Source: Mantamonas sphyraenae STR306
Taxonomy: Eukaryota; Protista; CRuMs
Assembly: GCA_026936335.1 (NCBI GenBank)
Contig: JAPMXV010000061.1
Location: 258,420 to 322,419, forward strand
Direction of reading: 5' to 3'
DNA: 64,000 bases
The position numbers were made by a program, and so were the translations under genes. Below are positions 59,595-64,000 of the stretch, in pieces. Position 1 is the first letter of the stretch. Each line of letters opens with the position of its first letter. The notes under the pieces were generated by a model that saw only the letters and a program-made list of their open reading frames with translations, had not been told where the DNA came from and did no database searches.

Positions 59595-62500
59595 TGGACC
59601 GAAACTGAGTGGAACACGATAGGTGATAGGTTGGGGTGGGCGTGCAATGATGCATGTGCGTGAAGGTTGGAGGATGGTCAGCATAGCGTGGACGGTTGGG
59701 CGCAAAGAGGGACCTTTGAAGGCGGATGGAGCGACAAGTGTGTGCAAAGGACGGTTGACGGAACCGGAGATGCGAAACAAGGGAGGGTACTTACACGGGG
59801 TAGGGATGGTATGAGCGGAAGGGGGAACTGGTGTTGCTGTGAATGGTGAGAAGTTGTTGTTGGAAACGTTGGTTGGGCAGGTGAGGGTGAGTGGAATTTC
59901 GCACACGCCACTGAGGACAAAGGTGCGTGTGATACGGGTGAGTGTTACTCCAGGCGTTGGCGTTTGGAGGAAGAGGGGGAGGAGGAGGAGGAGGAGGAAG
60001 AGGAAGGGTCTTTGCGCTTGGGGAGGGTGAAGGAGGGGATGGGGTAGGCGTTGACCAGTGCGACTGTGGTAGGGCGTGTGGTGATGTGGGGTGTGATGCG
60101 GTCGATGAGGGTGTGGAGGAGGGTGTGCAGTGTGGCGTCGGTGGGTTTGTCGAGCCAGGCGATCTTGAGGGAGAGAGAGGTAACACCACGATTGAGGGTG
60201 TTGCTGATGGCGTTGGAAACCTGCTGGTAGGTGAGGCGTGGCCTGAGGAGGCGTACAAAGACGGCCAGGTCGACAGGCGGCACGCCAACGTTGCCCAGCG
60301 CCAGGATGATGTGTCGCAGCAGGGACTTCAGGGTGCCGTTGTTGATCAGCTCACGCAGTGCACGGTGCTCGTGTGCGTACTGATGGCGAGGGTGCTTGGC
60401 TGCGCGTGCCTTCATGTGTGCCAGCAGCGTCTGGAACTCCCGCGCCGTGCAGCTGCCACGCTCGTCGGTCGCGTCACCCCGGGACTTGCTCCAGCCACTG
60501 CGCACAGACTCTGGTTCCCACTTTTCCACCGTGGTGGTGGCAAGGTGATGGTCGTAGTCGCATTGAGTCCAGTGTGGGTCGCTGTCGTTGTCAGCAGGGC
60601 GTCGTGCTTTCTGCAGCCAGAGCTGGGTCTGCTCGTGCTGCTTCCAGGTGGTGGGATGGGGCCTGTCGCCGAGACGGTCCATCTCTGTCATGAGGAGGTG
60701 GAGGAGGGCGTAGTTGGGGTCGCCGTGGTCGTGTGGCTCCTCCAGCCAGCACACCTTCAACCCAGCCTTTGTCACACCCATGGCCAGACCAGCCTTGATG
60801 ATGGCATTCTTGCACGTCTGTTGATCCATGTCACGGCCGAAAAGGGTGAGGAAGAAGGCCATGTCGCCCTGGGAGAGGGGAATGTTGCCCAGAGCGAGCT
60901 GAATCTGTCGGACGAGTGTGGTCACGGTGCCATGGCAGACCACAACACGCGCCTGCAGGTTCATGTGGTCGGAGATGTCGTCGATGGGATGCTCGTTGAC
61001 CAGGGTGTGCATGTGGTTCAGCAGTGCCGTGTGCTCCTTCTTGTTGCTGTGCATGCGCTCGCTCTTGCGCCAGAATGTCCAGCCACTGCGCACAACTCCA
61101 TCTGGCGGTCCATCCTCCTCGGCCATCATCTCCTCCCCTGTGGGCTCGGGCAGAACAAGCACTGGGATGTCGATGGCGTTGACTGCGTCGACGGTGGTGG
61201 GTCGAGTGTTGATGTGGGGTGTGATGCGGTCGATGAGGGTGTGGAGGAGGGTGTGCAGTGTGGCGTCGCTGGGTTGGGGGTTGTCGAGCAAGGCGATCTT
61301 GAGGGAGAGGGAGGTGACGCCGCGGGTGAGGGTGTTGCTGATCGCCTTGGATATCAGCTGGTAGGTGAGGTGTGGCCTGAGGAGGCGGACAAAGAAGGCC
61401 AGGTCGACAGGCGGCACGGCAACATTGCCCAGCGCAAGGATGATGTGTCGCAGCAGGGACTTCAGGCTGCCGTTGTTGATCAGTTCCCGCAGTGCCTGGT
61501 GCTCATGTGCGTGCTGATGGCGAGGGTGCTTGGCTGCGCGTGCCTTCATGTGTGCCAGCAGCGTCCGGAACTCCCGCGCCGTGCAGCTGCCACGCTCGTC
61601 GGCCTTGTTGCTCCAGCCAGTGCGCACATACTCTGGATGCCACTTGTCCAACTCGGTAGTGGTGAGATGGTGGTCGTAGTCGCATTGTGTCCAGTGTGGG
61701 TCGCTGTCGTTGTCAGCAGGGCGTCGCTCATCCTGCAGCCACAGCTGGGTCTGCTCGTGCTCCTTCCAGGTGCTGGGATGGGGCCTGTCGCCGAGAGTGT
61801 CCATCTCTGTCATGAGCAGGTGGAGGAGGGCGTAGTTGGGGTTGCCGTGGTCGTGTGGCTCCTCCAGCCAGCACACCTTCAACCCAGCCTTTGTCACACC
61901 CACGGCCAGACCAGCGGCGTGGACGGCTTTGCTGCACGCATGTGGATCCACCTCACGGCCGAAAAGGGTGAGGCAGAGTGCCATGTCGCCCTGGGAGAGG
62001 GGAATGTTGCCGAGTGCAAGCTGAATCTGTCGGATCAGCAAGGTTAAGGTGCCATGGCAGACAACAACACGCGCCTGCAGGGTCATGAGGTCTGAGATGT
62101 CGTCGATGGGATGCTCGTTGGCCAGGGTGTGCATGTGGTTCAGCAGTGCCGTGTGCTCCTTCTTGTTGCTGTAGCTGCGCTCGTCACTGGGTCCCACTTT
62201 CCACCCTTTGCGCACAACACCATCTGGCAACTTCCTCGCCTTGTCCACGCCTGATTTCTTCCGTGCGCCGTTGTCTCCGTTCTTAGCCCTCCTTGCCCGT
62301 GTGCTCGATGTTCCTGTCTCTGTGCCACTGCCAGCCGTGACCCTGAGCCTGCGCTGTCCGCTGCCTTTCTTCTGTTGGGGAGCAGTAAGACGACTGTTTT
62401 GGCCTCTGCGTCGTCGTCTGTGCCCTCTACTTGTGCGTCTTGGCTGCCACTCGTTCGTGTCCTCCTGCTCCATGTGGTCTGTGTCGCCGTCGCTGTCGTC
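57768..62500. repeat. Three-copy tandem segmental duplication (~1.2-kb unit at ~57770-59060, ~59945-61110 and ~61190-62345)
   Basis: Long shared nucleotide blocks, e.g. ggaactcccgcgccgtgcagctgccacgctcgtc and gtgtggctcctccagccagcacaccttcaaccc, are present in all three copies. Confidence 0.9.
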
Positions 62501-63531
62501 TTGCGGCAGGTACTCCTCATCCATGGCATCGCCAGTGTATGCAATACTGAGTGCGCCCTGCGTTTCCAACTCGTCGTCCACGTGCTGCTGGGTTGAGTCC
62601 TTTGCCTCGCCGTCTTCTGCGTACGCCTCCATCCATGAGCTGGTCATCCACTCTGAGTTGCTGGAGGTTGACCGTGGTTCACGGTTACCAAAGTTCAGGA
62701 GCATCAGGTCCTCCACGTCGCCGGTGTCATGTGTGAGTGTGTCCTGGTCTGCGTCTTCGTCGTCGTCGCTGTCTCCGGTCTGCCGTGTGTCCTGGCGGGA
62801 GGAGGACGACGATGTGGTGGTGGATGTGGTCCGTGTGACGCCGACAAAGGCAGGGCTGATGCGTTTAGGGACGCGGTTGTGGTTTCCGGTGGGTTGAGCA
62901 GGCGGAGGGTGCAACGGAGGCTGAGCCAAGTGCATCTGGGCGGTTTGTCGCTGCTGAGGAGGCGGCGGAGGAGGGTAGGCGTAGTATGGGTGGCCCTGAT
63001 GAGCATATGCGTGGTGCTGCTGAGAGTAGGTGTTGACAGGGACCCAGATGATGGGTGGTTGTGGGTGCTGGTACGGGTTTTGTACGCCAGAGACGGGCAG
63101 CATGTTCGGAAACGGCTGGGCAGCCATGGGGGGGACCATGTACGCGTAGCTGTGGAGAGGACGGGTAGGGGCAGGGCGGAGTGGGAACGGTGAGCAGAAG
63201 GCGGAATGGACGCCGTTAGAGCAGAAGCGGGGTGAAGGGAGGCCGGAACGAGCAGGGAGGGAACATCGGAGGAAATTGGCAGACGGGGAAACTGGCAACG
63301 GGAAGGGCAGTGACAGGGGAGAGGGGATCGGAGAAGAGCGGAAAAGGCAGCAGGGGTGGTGATGGGGAAGTGGAGATGCAGGGGAGGAGTGCAGGAAACG
63401 ACGCAGGCATGGAGGGGGCAAGGAAGCGGGAGAAGCGGGCAGTCAGGAATCGGAGTGGAAGGCAGAACGCACGCTGGGTAGGTGTTGGGTGTGTGTTGTT
63501 GCTTCGGAGTGCTTGAGTAGTCTTTGTCCAT
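59945..63531 (-). CDS. Subtelomeric family protein 2 (A-B-A-B). Model join(63531..63473,63149..59945)
   Basis: MDKDYSSTPK...YPA|YAYMVPP joined by a phase-compatible GTGCGT..CAG intron. Two copies of the A-B unit; ends KRQRLE. Confidence 0.8.
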
Positions 63532-63805
63532 GGTGGTGGTGGTGGTAGTGGAGTGGATGTGGATTGTGTTGGACAGGTGGAGGGTGTTGTGGGTGTTGGT
63601 GATACTTTGGTTGAAGGCGGATGGGCAGTGCTGACTGCGCAGCGTTGCAGGAAGACGGCCACTCGCAAGCGGCATTTCCACTCCCACCCATTGCCCACTG
63701 CCCCATGTCACCACCCAACTCTCCAACCCCACCGACGGACACAAGCACAACTCACATGACATAGACCGGACTCATCCACATCAATACGACTCGGATCAAT
63801 TCCCG

Positions 63806-63955
63806 TTAGGGTTAGGGCTAGGGTTAGGGTTAGGGTTAGGGTTAGGGTTAGGGTTAGGGTTAGGGTTAGGGTTAGGGTTAGGGTTAGGGTTAGGGTTAGG
63901 GTTAGGGTTAGGGTTAGGGTTAGGGTTAGGGTTAGGGTTAGGGTTAGGGTTAGGG

Positions 63956-63996
<41 letters not shown>

Positions 63997-64000
63997 GGTT
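63806..64000 (+). repeat. Telomere (TTAGGG)n
   Basis: About 32 TTAGGG units to the window end, G-strand running 5'->3' outward. Variants CTAGGG at 63818 and TTTAGGG at 63974. Confidence 0.99.

Noticed and set aside
58191-62047. + strand ORFs of 345 and 701 aa
   Set aside because: Antisense shadows of the subtelomeric genes. The minus frame is continuous across all copies, while the + frame is broken.
57768-63531. Telomeric retrotransposon or helicase (Y'/TART-like) element
   Set aside because: No RT, endonuclease, helicase or transposase motifs, and no LTR, TIR or poly(A) tail seen.

Overview
This window is the last 64 kb of a chromosome arm from a GC-rich, extremely gene-dense eukaryote. 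It has GT-AG spliceosomal introns and ends in a (TTAGGG)n telomere at about 63,806-64,000. The gene content (e.g. PTPDC1) fits a flagellated protist, but I cannot assign a taxon. About 15 genes are packed with spacers often only 16-70 bp long. In order: (1) a >4,000-aa minus-strand HECTD4/MYCBP2-like ubiquitin-ligase scaffold, absent from the ORF track because it runs off the left edge (SPRY x3, malectin, UBR-box x2, LamG x2, UBA x2); (2) a NUDT18-like Nudix hydrolase; (3) glutaminyl cyclase; (4) PTPDC1; (5) BUD31; (6) a frame-disrupted mucin-like membrane protein; (7) DDB1; (8) a 3xRasGAP/9xPH protein; (9) a ~7,000-aa lectin/Ig multipass surface protein; (10) an ankyrin protein that begins with a histone-H3-like tail (MARTKQTVR); (11) an LRR-ankyrin tail-anchored protein; (12) a ubiquitin-like protein; (13-14) two paralogous small multipass proteins; (15-16) two telomere-adjacent paralogs built from an unrecognised repeated domain. 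The most notable observations are the H3-tail mimic on an ANK/F-box-like nuclear protein, repeated nested domain insertions in both giant proteins, a candidate intron that splits the QC start codon, near-zero intergenic space with shared promoter motifs, and sharp GC-skew switches that ignore gene orientation. All domain calls and splice models were made by eye from motifs; no database searches were run.
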